From Rhodosorus marinus CCMP1338 (Eukaryota > Plantae > Rhodophyta), in NCBI GenBank assembly GCA_029953675.1, contig JAMWBK010000011.1, positions 868,001 through 932,000 on the forward strand: 64,000 bases of DNA. The letters are read 5' to 3'. The translations under genes and the position numbers were made by a program. Position 1 is the first letter of the stretch. The number at the start of each line of letters is the position of its first letter. Shown one piece after another: positions 10,333 to 21,110 of this stretch. The notes under the pieces were generated by a model. It searched no databases, was not told the origin of the DNA, and worked only from the letters and a program-made list of their open reading frames with translations.

Positions 10333-11640
10333 ATGGAGTTTTCGGATATGGTTCCGGTCGCGGATGAGATTCTGAAAAACTGGATCCTCCACAAGGCTGA
10401 TGGAAAAGTATTCACTATGCAGGATTCTACCCCAATTTTGGTGAACGTCAAGGTGACGGCTCACGAGGCGGTCATGAAGTCGCCTTTCTTCGGGCTCCTG
10501 CATTCCTTTGAGCTGCCCTGCTTCTTCCTCAGCATGAAGTACAGTCCAAACGTCCGGCTCGGGATGGGCTGGACTTTTGAGGATCCCGGACCTCTGGTGG
10601 AGCATCCGTCTGGTGGCGGAGTGAGCCACCGTCGGAGGGAGGTCCTGAGCTACCACCGCTTCTGCATGTTTGAATGGAACGGTGCAGCGAACATGTTCGT
10701 CACGGTTGTCGGAGGGGACTCGCCAGGACTTCCATTTATTCGGGTAATTGAGGAGGATGGCGCTGCCAACTTTCAGGAGGTCGGAATTCTTGACAACGAG
10801 AACGGCAGTAAGCTGTTCAGCGTTAGCCAGACGTGCGTTCGGCCTTGCTACTTCTGTTCAGCGAGGAACGAACCATGCTCTTGTTCCCATGAGATGACGC
10901 TGAGAAGCTACGGACCTCAAATCCCTCAGGGAAAAGATGAGTTGGGGGCGCGGGAGTTTGTGTTCGAGGACGCCCCGTTCAACTACATAACGCAGAAATG
11001 GATGAGCGGAAAGTGGGGATTTCATTGCGACGGACGACCAGCGTTTTCCACGGACGCCGTCGTCCTAACGGGTGGCGCGCTCTTTGAGAGAGCTCGGAAC
11101 TACCTGAGTCAACAGGAGGTAGAGAGACGGTCCACGCCACTCCATGCAAGGTCGCTCTGGGGCTCTCAAAGCAGCCTCTCCCTGCTTACACTAGGGGAGG
11201 TCGACGAGGAAACGTTTGTCGACGACCTTGAGGATTCAAATTTCTTCGACAGCGATTCAAAGGCATCTGCTGTTCAACTTGCATGTGCGAGCTGCGGCGC
11301 GACGTTCAGGCGTGCGTACGATGTTCGGAGGCATATTGATACAGTACACAGACAGAGCCGGGACTTCCCTTGCAAGCAATGCTCGCGAACGTTTAAACAG
11401 AAAGGACACCTGAATGAGCATATCAGGGCATATCATTCCGATCACGGAGGACACTCCTGCAGTCTCTGCGGGAAAAGATTTGGAATCAAGTCGAAACTTG
11501 ACAGGCATATTTCTGGAGTGCATCTGTCCCTGCGACTGTTCGAGTGCAAGTCGTGTGGAAACAAGTACAAAGAGAAACACTTTCTCACGAGACACATGAA
11601 GAAAAAGCATCCAGAACTTGTCGGCCTGGTTACTACGTAG
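10333..11640 (+). CDS. C2H2 zinc-finger protein (4 fingers) with unrecognised N-terminal domain; array copy 4
   Basis: Start placed at MEFSDMVPVADE by paralogue alignment (the ORF is open further upstream, from 10177). Contains RPCYFCSARNEPCSCS and four C2H2 fingers. Confidence 0.92.
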   Translation: MEFSDMVPVADEILKNWILHKADGKVFTMQDSTPILVNVKVTAHEAVMKSPFFGLLHSFELPCFFLSMKYSPNVRLGMGWTFEDPGPLVEHPSGGGVSHRRREVLSYHRFCMFEWNGAANMFVTVVGGDSPGLPFIRVIEEDGAANFQEVGILDNENGSKLFSVSQTCVRPCYFCSARNEPCSCSHEMTLRSYGPQIPQGKDELGAREFVFEDAPFNYITQKWMSGKWGFHCDGRPAFSTDAVVLTGGALFERARNYLSQQEVERRSTPLHARSLWGSQSSLSLLTLGEVDEETFVDDLEDSNFFDSDSKASAVQLACASCGATFRRAYDVRRHIDTVHRQSRDFPCKQCSRTFKQKGHLNEHIRAYHSDHGGHSCSLCGKRFGIKSKLDRHISGVHLSLRLFECKSCGNKYKEKHFLTRHMKKKHPELVGLVTT

Positions 11641-12271
11641 GACCCTGGAATGTGGCTAGGGCAAGCTGAACCAAAACGGGGATGCTCGCCGTTGACCAAA
11701 ACGAATAGACTCGTGGATCAAAGTGCATATAGAAAAGTCTTCCGTTGTCTAGGGCCTGGAGCCCGCCTTTTAACTTTACCGAGCACCACATCTTGCTGAA
11801 CTTTCTTGAGTTGTAATAAAGCTTTGGGAAGAAACCGGTCTCTGAGATGCTGTTATTCAAGGACGCTGCCAACATCGAGTGCGGTGTTAAAATACAGTAT
11901 GGAGTATGACGTTGGTCACAGGAGCAGGCTGGAGAACCTTTGACGAGAGTGGTAATCCATACTTAGGTCATTTCAAAGGGCGATGGAAGTTGTTTATCAA
12001 ACTTGACATCTTTGAAGGCCCTGCCAATCGCGATGATCGAATCACCACGATGGCAGCAAGGATCCCTCACGGAATGGAAATATTCCATTGGAGGTGGTCG
12101 TCGGCCTCGAAGGGCACACTTTCAATCTCTACGCAGGGCGTTTGAAGTGATCCCTATATTTGTACGTGGGAGACGAATAAGACCAGACTCAGCAAATCAT
12201 GAGTATTTTTGTCTTTCTACGCATCCCTTTGCTCCCTTTCGAGATAAGCACATCCATGCAGTGACCATGAT

Positions 12272-12395
12272 TAGGGTTGTGCCAAGTGGGTCTGGTTTTT
12301 CGCTGTTTACGACCCAGAAGTGGTTAAACCCGCGAAAACAGGGGGGTATAGAGGGGTAAACCAGCGAAAAACCCGACCCACTCGGCACAACCCTA
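12272..12395 (+). mobile_element. 124-bp MITE copy B
   Basis: TIRs tagggttgtgccaagtgggtc... / ...gacccactcggcacaacccta. Flanks ccatgat/ctatgat (6 of 7 match). Confidence 0.92.
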
Positions 12396-12737
12396 CTATG
12401 ATTACATATCAATAGAAACCACAGCCATTCCTGATCCCCCGCCCCCTCCCCTCATCCGCATTACGAGATTCATGGTCAACCCCAATGTAACGGCAAAATA
12501 ATTTCAAATATAAACTATTTTAGTAGTTTTTAGAGCCTTTTTAAATTCCAATTGATTAGGTCCAACGGGTGAGTGTTGGGGGTACATTTCGCAAGTCAAG
12601 CTCGGTTGGGAGGGTTCCGGACGAGGGCTGGTGTGACGTGTATCACAGTAGTCAGATAGAAGCGAATTGGTGAGGCCCTGTGGTTGTGGTAAGGGGCCTG
12701 GATTGTTGCGATCTGTTTAGCCGGTGGTTGAGGAAAA

Positions 12738-14244
12738 ATGGTTCTGACGAGGAGCGCTGCAAAGAGAGTAGCGGTCTCTAGACTGGAAGGTGACAGGCAC
12801 GCGCTGAGCGATGTGAGCAATCTAGGGGATCCGGATGGTCGCTCACCAGGTAAGCCAGGGACGGACTCGTTCGACGGTTGCATTTGGAGTAAAGCGCTGA
12901 GACATCTCGTCTGGAACTCCATTCACAGATGCACACGCGAAGGCTAGCCCCAGCTGTCCTTTCAAAACAGAGCGTACTGGTAATGAAAACGAAGGTAAGC
13001 ACTTTTTTCTCAAGAGGTCGGCTCTCGAAGGACGGAATAGCTGAGTTTGGAACTTGTTTCGGTTGGCAAATCACATCATAGTCCTAGTTGGTGAGTGTAC
13101 ACCGGCGAGAATTCTACCATTCGCGGACGAAATTGCGCTTTCAACCGGTGATTTCAAGAGCCTGACCGGAGCTCTTAGTTTAACTGATCTTGCCAGCCCG
13201 TCTGGAAGTTTTCACGACTCGACCAAGTCGTTCCGGTCTCCTGCTACTCTTGCCAACCTTTTTTCTTCTCAATCTAGCCCATCAGGCTCGCTTCCGGCGC
13301 CTGCCTTTGTTGAGAACCCACTATCATGCTCCGATCAAAACCTTTGCATCGCCGAAGCTGATGGCTTTGGCTCGATTCCATGCGAAGCGGAATCTCCGTG
13401 TGAACAGGGGAATCGGAATCGCCTACCTCCTGTGTTTCAGAGCTCTAAACTGGCTTCTGGGAGCAGCCTAGACCATGCGCAAGCAGAGGTTGCATCGGAT
13501 GAAGCTCCTCAGGATATTTCCATGGAGCGAAGGAGGGAATCAACGGACTCTTTCTCGCTGGGCATTGGTGTTCCGGTCGATCAAACCGAACATGAGCAGG
13601 AAGGCAGCGGTTTACAACTTGAGAAGACACTACAGCTTCCTGACCGTGATGGACACGAGTCGGAAATTCACAGAAGAAGCTCAAGATCCCTCAGTCCTCC
13701 AAGCAGAAGGATCAGTCAGAACAGCGACATGTTCCTTACACCTTGCTTGGGAAGCCCAGAGGCGAGAATGGAGCTTCTTGGAGCCGAAGCAGCTGCCGAC
13801 TGGGAAGGCTCTCACATACGTTTCGATGTGCTGGGGCAGAGCCGAGTAAATGTCGTTCCCAGGGGTAGAATCTTCGATCAGAAAATAACCGCGATTTCTT
13901 CTATACCGTCGCCCAATCCACGCAGACTCGAGTTCGCCGAAATGGAGAAGGACCCCGACACAGCAGAGATTGGAAACTTGGCTGAGGGGACGGCAGCAGA
14001 GTCGCCTACAGGAACGCAATACCCTGACGAGTGCGAGAGTTCAGAGCCGATGTGGCGGGGAACTCACACTCGGTTCGAGGACGAGTCATCCGATGAGGAA
14101 GACTCCGATGATCTGGGTAGCCAGCAAGATGCTCACGAGACTGGAAATGCAGGTGATTCAGCAGATCTTAGCTCAATTTCCAAGTCTTTCAGGCGCGTCT
14201 CTATCAGCAGAACCACGAAGGCAATAGATCACGCCTGGAGATGA
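12738..14244 (+). CDS. Uncharacterised, probably disordered S/E-rich protein with an N-terminal D-box; exons 12738-12849, 12929-12994, 13082 (or 13088)-14244
   Basis: GTAAGC donors at 12850 and 12995 with 79- and 87-bp introns join three open frames in phase 1. Motifs RHALSDVSN, many SP/TP sites, RRLEF. Confidence 0.75.
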
Positions 14245-15472
14245 TCGGGTCTCAAAAGGCCTCTTCAGCGTGACCATGAAGGTTCGATGAAGGAGAACTA
14301 TGACAGCCGCGGAGAAAATTTAAGAGATAATAGTAAAGTGTACTTTAATCCCTAACGAAAACAAAGTCTGCGGTCCGCTCAGCAATATCCAATTGCAACG
14401 GGGTGTTCTTTCTGCGAGCTACCACGTGCACTAGGTGCACCTGCATGACTTTGTTCGCTTTCCTGAACGCTCTTCTCCATTCATCACTTCACCGAACTTC
14501 GCCCCAACACGAACACGTCTGCTGTTTTAAGCGTCGGTTCGTTCAATGTCTTTCATTGGAGGCAGTAAGAGTGCAAATGTACTTGAATGTTTTAGTAAAT
14601 AGATGGAAAACTTGAATTACTACAGATGATTGGTGAAATTGAGATATACTTCTTATTGATTTCCATATAAATCGAGAAGAAGAAGCTCGGTGCTGCTATT
14701 GAATTGGCAGATTTCGATCGTCTGAATACTTCGTGATGTCTCTAAGGATCGCGTATAGGCACTATTTGCGTCTCCGTAGGACGTTTGAGGTAGTGCAAAC
14801 TCGTTGTGATGAAACTAGAGTCCATGAGCGTGACTCGAAGCGCGCGTACTCGCGCAAAGTGTCGCAGAGTGCCCAGGATGGGTTTATTGTCTGCCACAAT
14901 CGGATACAGAGGAACTCAAACTTCACAGCTACTCTGCTCGCGAGCCTTTCAAAAAGGTCCTCAAAAGCATCCATAGATTATGAAAGTTGGACTCGGACTA
15001 ATCCACTTCAGGGATCGCACCTGAAATCGAAGCATGTTCAATAAACTCGCTGGTTAAACAACGCCCCCACGAGATCACCGGCATGAAACGACCCCTAGCT
15101 TGTTTGTTCGAAGTCGAACCACATTGTACTACCCGAGAAGGCTCGGACGACCCGATTCCCACACCTTTATCCACGTCAAAAGGATAGTCAGTCAGCGGAG
15201 ATTCGAGCATCGACTAAGCCAGTGGCAATACTGACATACCTCTGCAGTCTGGAGTTGTCTTCAGAGAGATGCAGGGCTCCCTATAGACAGACCTGTCCAT
15301 CGACATTGGTAATTAGAAATCGCATGCTTCTACTCCACTAAAAACCGCTGTAGAATCGATCCCTAAATGAGTTGCATTGATCCGTGGGAAGATTCCATCG
15401 TGGAGACTTCGATGCTGAGAGGAGTGCTTTGCAGAGGTCATACCGGAAGCTTCAGGACGCTTGTCTATAAAC

Positions 15473-16464
15473 ATGAACTCAATCGTAAGAAAATCTGCTC
15501 GACTTGGTTACCTTGCTTGGAGCTCTGGAAGGGTAAGCGAGCCGTCGAGTGCTGACAAAAAAATTATCTTGGAATAGCTTGGGTGGAATGAGATGTGATC
15601 CGTGCTCACAGTTGTTTCTCGATTTTCTTTTCACTCGATTCTGTAACATCTGTGTGAACCTGTGTTAGAGGGCGCTTGCTACGGGTTTGACAAGCCAGAG
15701 CCTGCCTGACTTGCGGTATGATTATGGAGCGTTGGAGCCGGTGATCAGTGGGGATATCATGGAGATCCACCACTCCAAACACCATGCTACGTACGTCGCC
15801 AACTATAACAAGGCCGCGGAGGGCCTGCTGGACGCGCTTGAGAAGGGTGATGTGGAGAAGGTGACGTCTGCGCAGTCTGCGATCAAGTTCAACGGCGGGG
15901 GTAAGACGAGGAAAAGGGCCCCGATCGACTAGCTGAGAATGGGTTCTTGCTGTATTTGTAGATGACTCACTCGTTCTCTTCTCAGGTCATTTGAACCACT
16001 CGATATTCTGGCAGAACCTTGCCCCCATAAGCAGAGGAGGCGGGGAGGTTCCCACCGATGGCGCACTACTTGAGAAGATCAATGCCGAGTTTGTAACAGT
16101 CGATAACATGATATCCAGATTTAATACCATGACAGCCGGCGTTCAAGGATCTGGATGGGGGTAGGATACCACCTGGACGAAACCACGGAAGTCAATAACC
16201 TATTTTCTAAATCCAACGCAACGCTCTGGTGGCCACGGCAGATGGCTGGCGTACGATTCAGCCAAGGACTCGCTCGTGCTCACAACTTGCCCGAATCAGG
16301 ATCCGCTGGCGAGCACTGGGCTCGTACCGCTTCTGGGAATTGACGTTTGGGAGCACGCGTACTATTTGCAATACAAGAACGCCCGTCCATCATACCTCAA
16401 AGAGATATGGAAGGTCGTCAACTGGGCCGATGTCGCTGCACGTTACAAAGCCGCATCAGCATGA
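15473..16464 (+). CDS. SOD2: Mitochondrial Mn superoxide dismutase; exons 15473-15532, 15669-15900, 15986-16160, 16242-16464
   Basis: [55 protein letters not shown]. All introns are GT-AG and in phase. Arg/Ser-rich presequence [12 protein letters not shown]. Confidence 0.96.
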
Positions 16465-17317
16465 CGCTCACTAAATAAAACTGAAGTATAAACTTCCTCT
16501 CGAATTGGATGCCAGGTCATAGCGCCTGTCCACAGTATTGGAACCCTGCACATTTACACCGTCGCGGATGTTGAACCGCTATTGACTTAGATCGCCCCGT
16601 CCACAGCAACAACTCCGCGGAGTTCCAAGGATTGAATGACCGCCCCATTTGAGACCTATTTTCAAGCTTTTTTGGCCTTCCAGTCTCCCTGACCTCGCAG
16701 TTATAGTTTGCCCTAATCTTTTGCTATCCAGTCCCAAAGTTTGTTGACTTCTTGGATTCCGCTATACCCAGACGGAGGACAAGCTGTGCTTCTTCCTCCG
16801 CCAAACTCAACGCCAGCTTCGAATTCCGTATCGCTGGAAGCGACACCTGTTGCTCATTGGTTTTCTTCCGCTGATTCTCTGTGAACCAGCCTGTCCTTTG
16901 TTGAACCCTGTTGCGAAAGCCTCTCACTCGTGGTCCTTATAGTAGTCTTCAGGACCATGGTATGCACAAGCTAACCAAAGCACGGGCAGGCAGTGGACAG
17001 GCATGGCATGTGGAACGTGGTGCTTCCATGGAAAATTTATCCAGAGACCTTGATAAGCTACAACCGATGTCTTTGCATGAGACATCGCGAAACTGCTACC
17101 CTGACGGACAGCAACTTCACAACGGGAACTTAAAATCCGCAGCGAGCCTGGTTGTACAAAGCCCATATTGGCTCACACTCGCCGACCAGAAGGAACCCTG
17201 CAGCAGGCGAAAACGACATGAAGACAATGGGCTTGGTTCGCTCCATCTCTTCACCGCTCGCGTCACCTTGAAACTCTTCATAGACAACAAAAAAAGGATC
17301 AGGGCACATACTATAGG

Positions 17318-17441
17318 TAGGGTTGTGCCAAGTGGGTCGAGTTTTTTGCTGTTTACGACCCAGAAGCGGTTAAACACGCGAAAGCAGGCGGGGTTTAGAG
17401 GGGTAAACAGCGAAAAACGCGACCCACTTGGTACAAACCTA
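17318..17441 (+). mobile_element. 124-bp MITE copy C
   Basis: Highly similar to copy B. Perfect 7-bp flanking duplication ctatagg at 17311-17317 and 17442-17448. Confidence 0.93.
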
Positions 17442-18274
17442 CTATAGGCGTGGGGATATTGATCTGACTGCAAGCGCTTGAATGGGTAGATCATTCTAAA
17501 TGCGGGGCCGTTTCCAGCAAGGCGTTTCTGTCCATGGAGAGTGACGCGAAGGGTGAAGAGCTCAAAGGCGAAGCAAGGCCTTTCTCTCTATCCAGAGGTG
17601 CCAACCAGTTGACATCGCATAGCGTAGCCAACTGTTAGACTCTTTTCCGACCAATACAAGGACACGTGCATAATTATTATTTGTTGTTCATCGTGCCATC
17701 TAAATACATCCAAAAAGCTATAAAAGTTAAAGCCGAAATTCATTGGATGGGATGAGCTCTTAAGACACGTGGTTCTCTTTCATTCCTTTAAAACACGATA
17801 TTGAAAATCGGAACAAATATAATGCATTTCACGAACCTGGGGCAAAGACAGAGCGACCCCACTTGCTCGATCATAAAAGACATATATATGACTATTTAAA
17901 AATTAGTTTATCAGTCAACTACAGCCCCATCTCCTGACCTAGTTGAACGTATGGGTAATTGTTGTTAATTTATACGAAATAAATAGGACTTGCTGAGATA
18001 TTGGATTGAAAACAATCAATAATCGTAATGAAATTCGAGAATAAAAAATTCGTTTATGACATTTATGTGGGTTTGGGGATTCATTGCTTATCTGATAGAC
18101 TGAGTGAAGTATTGATCGACGAGATTTGTCTTGGGGCTTTACTGGTCTCTGGGATAGACAGCTTGTTGAGAGTGAAGGAGGATCTGCTGACTGTTAATCT
18201 TCTCAATCGAGTTGGAAGGAACGGAATAAAACGATTTGGATTCTCTGTATTTAGTATCTACTTTTCACTGAAGG

Positions 18275-19640
18275 ATGGATCTTGGATTCGTGGGATCGAG
18301 TTTCGGGGTTAGTAGCCCGAGACGCGTGGGGAGATGCAGGCAGCAGCAGGTGGTTATGATGGCTGAGGGATCTCCCAAGAGGGTACTGGTTATTGGTGGC
18401 ACTCGTTTCAGTGGTCTGTACTTGACGAAGGTTCTGGCAGATAGTGGACATGATGTCGTTCTGTTTAACAGAGGCAACACTCCCGTTGGAGACAAGAGTT
18501 TAATGGTAAGAGGTTTGAAAAGTTTTCTATCTAGCTTCGATCGATCGCTTTGCGTTTGAATAATTAGTTGCTCGAGCTGAATTCCAGAATCGATCGCCCT
18601 TGTTTTCTGTCCAGGTTCCTGGCGAAACTGAGGAAGAGTTCGAGGCCAGAAACGCCCGTACAAGTACGATCATTGGTGACCGAACGGACGGGGATGATAT
18701 GGTGGCCAAGCTCAAGGATGAAGAGTTCGATGCCATTTACGACAACAACGGTCGCGAGCTTGATGATTCGAAGGTAGCTACTTGAACCGCGAAGCAGAAA
18801 GCTCTTTCGTTTCTAATGGCATCTTTCCTGTCTTTTCCGCGCTGTAGCCCCTCATCGATCTGTACAAAGGCCGTGTCGAGCACTACGTATACATGAGCAG
18901 TGCAGGAGTGTACCTCAAGTCTGACATTATGCCCCACTGTGAACCGGACGCAACGGATCCGAAATCCAGACACAAGGGCAAGCTTCACACCGAGGCGTAC
19001 CTCATTGAACAGGAGATTCCTTTCACTTCTATAAGACCTACCTATATTTACGGCGCGCTCAACTACAACCCTCTCGAGCAGTGGTTCTTTGAGCGAATCG
19101 CAGCCGGAAGGCCAGTTCCAGTGCCTGGTAGCGGCCTGAACTTGACCGGTCTAGGCCACGTTCAGGACCTTGCAAAAGCGATGGCCGCGGTCTTAGGAAA
19201 CGAGAAGGCGATCGGACAGGTCTACAACATCCAGGACGAAAAAGCGATCACTTTCGACGGAATCGTGCGTGCATGTGCACAAGCCGCGGGCAAGGACCCC
19301 GCGAGCGTCGAAATCGTCCACTACGATCCAAAAGATTTTGATTTTGGAAAGAAGAAGGCGTTCCCAATGAGACCACAGCACTTTTTCACCTCACCACAAA
19401 AGGTACCTTGCAAACAACACATCTTGTCGGGAAAGAAAGCCCAAAAAACTCACCACCCAACCCCTGTCATCTCCTTCCAAGGCACTCACCGACTTGGACT
19501 GGTCAATCGAATTCAACACCGAAGTAGGCCTCAAGGACTCGTACGAGAACGACTTTGTCATCAAAGAGAAGAATGGAAAGCTTAAGAATGACTTCTCCAC
19601 GGACGATATGGTTCTCTCGGAGATGGGCGTTGCAGTCTAA
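18275..19640 (+). CDS. CSP41B: Chloroplast stem-loop RNA-binding protein CSP41b-like (NAD(P)-binding epimerase/SDR fold); exons 18275-18505, 18615-18773, 18848-19402, 19482-19640
   Basis: VLVIGGTRFSG, YMSSAGVY, IRPTYIYG, and the family-typical KDFDFGKKKAFP. Transit-peptide-like N-terminus. Three in-phase GT-AG introns. Confidence 0.92.
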
Positions 19641-20699
19641 GAATACAGGAAACAACCGAACACAATATACAAGACGTTTACTATTACCATTCCCAGCTTT
19701 GCCGAGCACCGTTTCCAGCTTTCTTTCTAGAGGATTCTTCCAGGAAAAGTGTTTCGCTCCCTACTCAAACCTTTCATAGCACCAGCCCCCGATCAATTCT
19801 TCTTCTCTTCTCTCCTCTCCGTGTCGCTTTTAATCCTCAGCGGCCCAAGCGCAATCATGGCGGGGGGATCAGCAAACTTTGGCTTGCTATCGTCAGGAAC
19901 AATCCTGTAGTGGAATTCGCATTCTTTCTCATCTCCTTTCGGGTCCGAACGAGTCCCGCTCGCCTTCGCGTCCGCGACCATATTATTCAGGTATGAAGAT
20001 ACCGGACGGGCGCAAAAAGTACAAAGCTCTACGGCCCTCTACCTCGTCGATATCTACGAGAGTACAATCCTGTCGGCACCTCTTCACCGGATCTCGGGCT
20101 TGGGCTATCTCCGAAATACACTCTCCAAGAGCTCCGTCAAGACCATTCGACGTACTACCACTCTTCCTCGTCAGCAAGAGCTCTATCAAGTTCTTTCCCG
20201 ACTTTTGCTCCACCGGACGCTCACTCTGACTGTGTAGTCTGAACCCGCTTCGGACAGTTTACACGGCGACTCTTCAAGCTTTCTTCATGGCACAAGCCTT
20301 CCGACACCTGCCTATACACCAGTTCGATTCCGCAAGAGAGGATCTACATCGACTTGGCCCCGTAGGTATTGCCTCTCGCAGATGCGCTTTGCCAGGGCAG
20401 AACGTTTTGTCCGCTAAGGAACCATTTTATATGAAAAGTCTTCAAACTCCTTTGATGTTGAGGGCTTCTTCGGAGGCCTGCGCAGTGTATGGGTGATTTG
20501 CTTCGATTTTACTTTTATTTGAGTGACTAAGAAAGCAATCCTTAGATTCGTGTCTGATAGCAACTCCGCTTCCTACCATCTGCCAGCAGTAAAGTCTCTG
20601 GCAGTGCGTGGGATGTCGTGGTATGGGGTTTTCGCGAGCGTGAGTTGCTGCGTTGCTTCGTTCTTCCAGGTCCGGAGAGATACAAGGGATCTTCACTCG

Positions 20700-21110
20700 C
20701 TAAATGCATATCTGCTTCTTCACTTCCTTCTCGCACGACGAGCTGAGCTGCTTGTTCGGCTCCTTCTTGCAGTCCCTCTTGTGGCATCCTTCCGTTGATT
20801 TGGAGTTGGGGTACTTGCCACCCTTACAAAATTTGTACCACCGGGTGCTGGAGAGGAAGGTGCGAGGAGATACGCAGTACCACTGCTTATTGTCCCACTG
20901 AGCAGCGCACCAAGTCCCCCTTCCGCTGCGGGTGCAAATCTGCCTATCGCTTGAGCCGAGTTTTGGACCCAGGAGGACCTGCCCGGTGTGAGACGCAAAT
21001 TGCTCCAGGCACTCAACGTCGATCTCGCAACACTTCATGGCTGGCTCAGGGTCTGCCCAGTAGGCGTGGGCCACGGCTACCAAGAGCACAACTGCTACAG
21101 CGATTCTCAT
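20700..21110 (-). CDS. Small secreted Cys-rich protein, copy 1 (136 aa, 11 Cys)
   Basis: Hydrophobic signal peptide MRIAVAVVLLVAVAHA. A closely similar paralogue at 23750-24166 conserves the ORF and stop position. Confidence 0.85.
   Translation of the reverse strand: MRIAVAVVLLVAVAHAYWADPEPAMKCCEIDVECLEQFASHTGQVLLGPKLGSSDRQICTRSGRGTWCAAQWDNKQWYCVSPRTFLSSTRWYKFCKGGKYPNSKSTEGCHKRDCKKEPNKQLSSSCEKEVKKQICI

Noticed and set aside
16911-17494. 178-aa plus and 125-aa minus ORFs
   Set aside because: Both run through MITE copy C, and similar text appears in ORFs over copy B; no independent coding evidence.
19793-20440. Possible small gene between CSP41b and Cys-rich copy 1
   Set aside because: Open frames on both strands are mutual shadows, and no consistent exon chain or motif was found.
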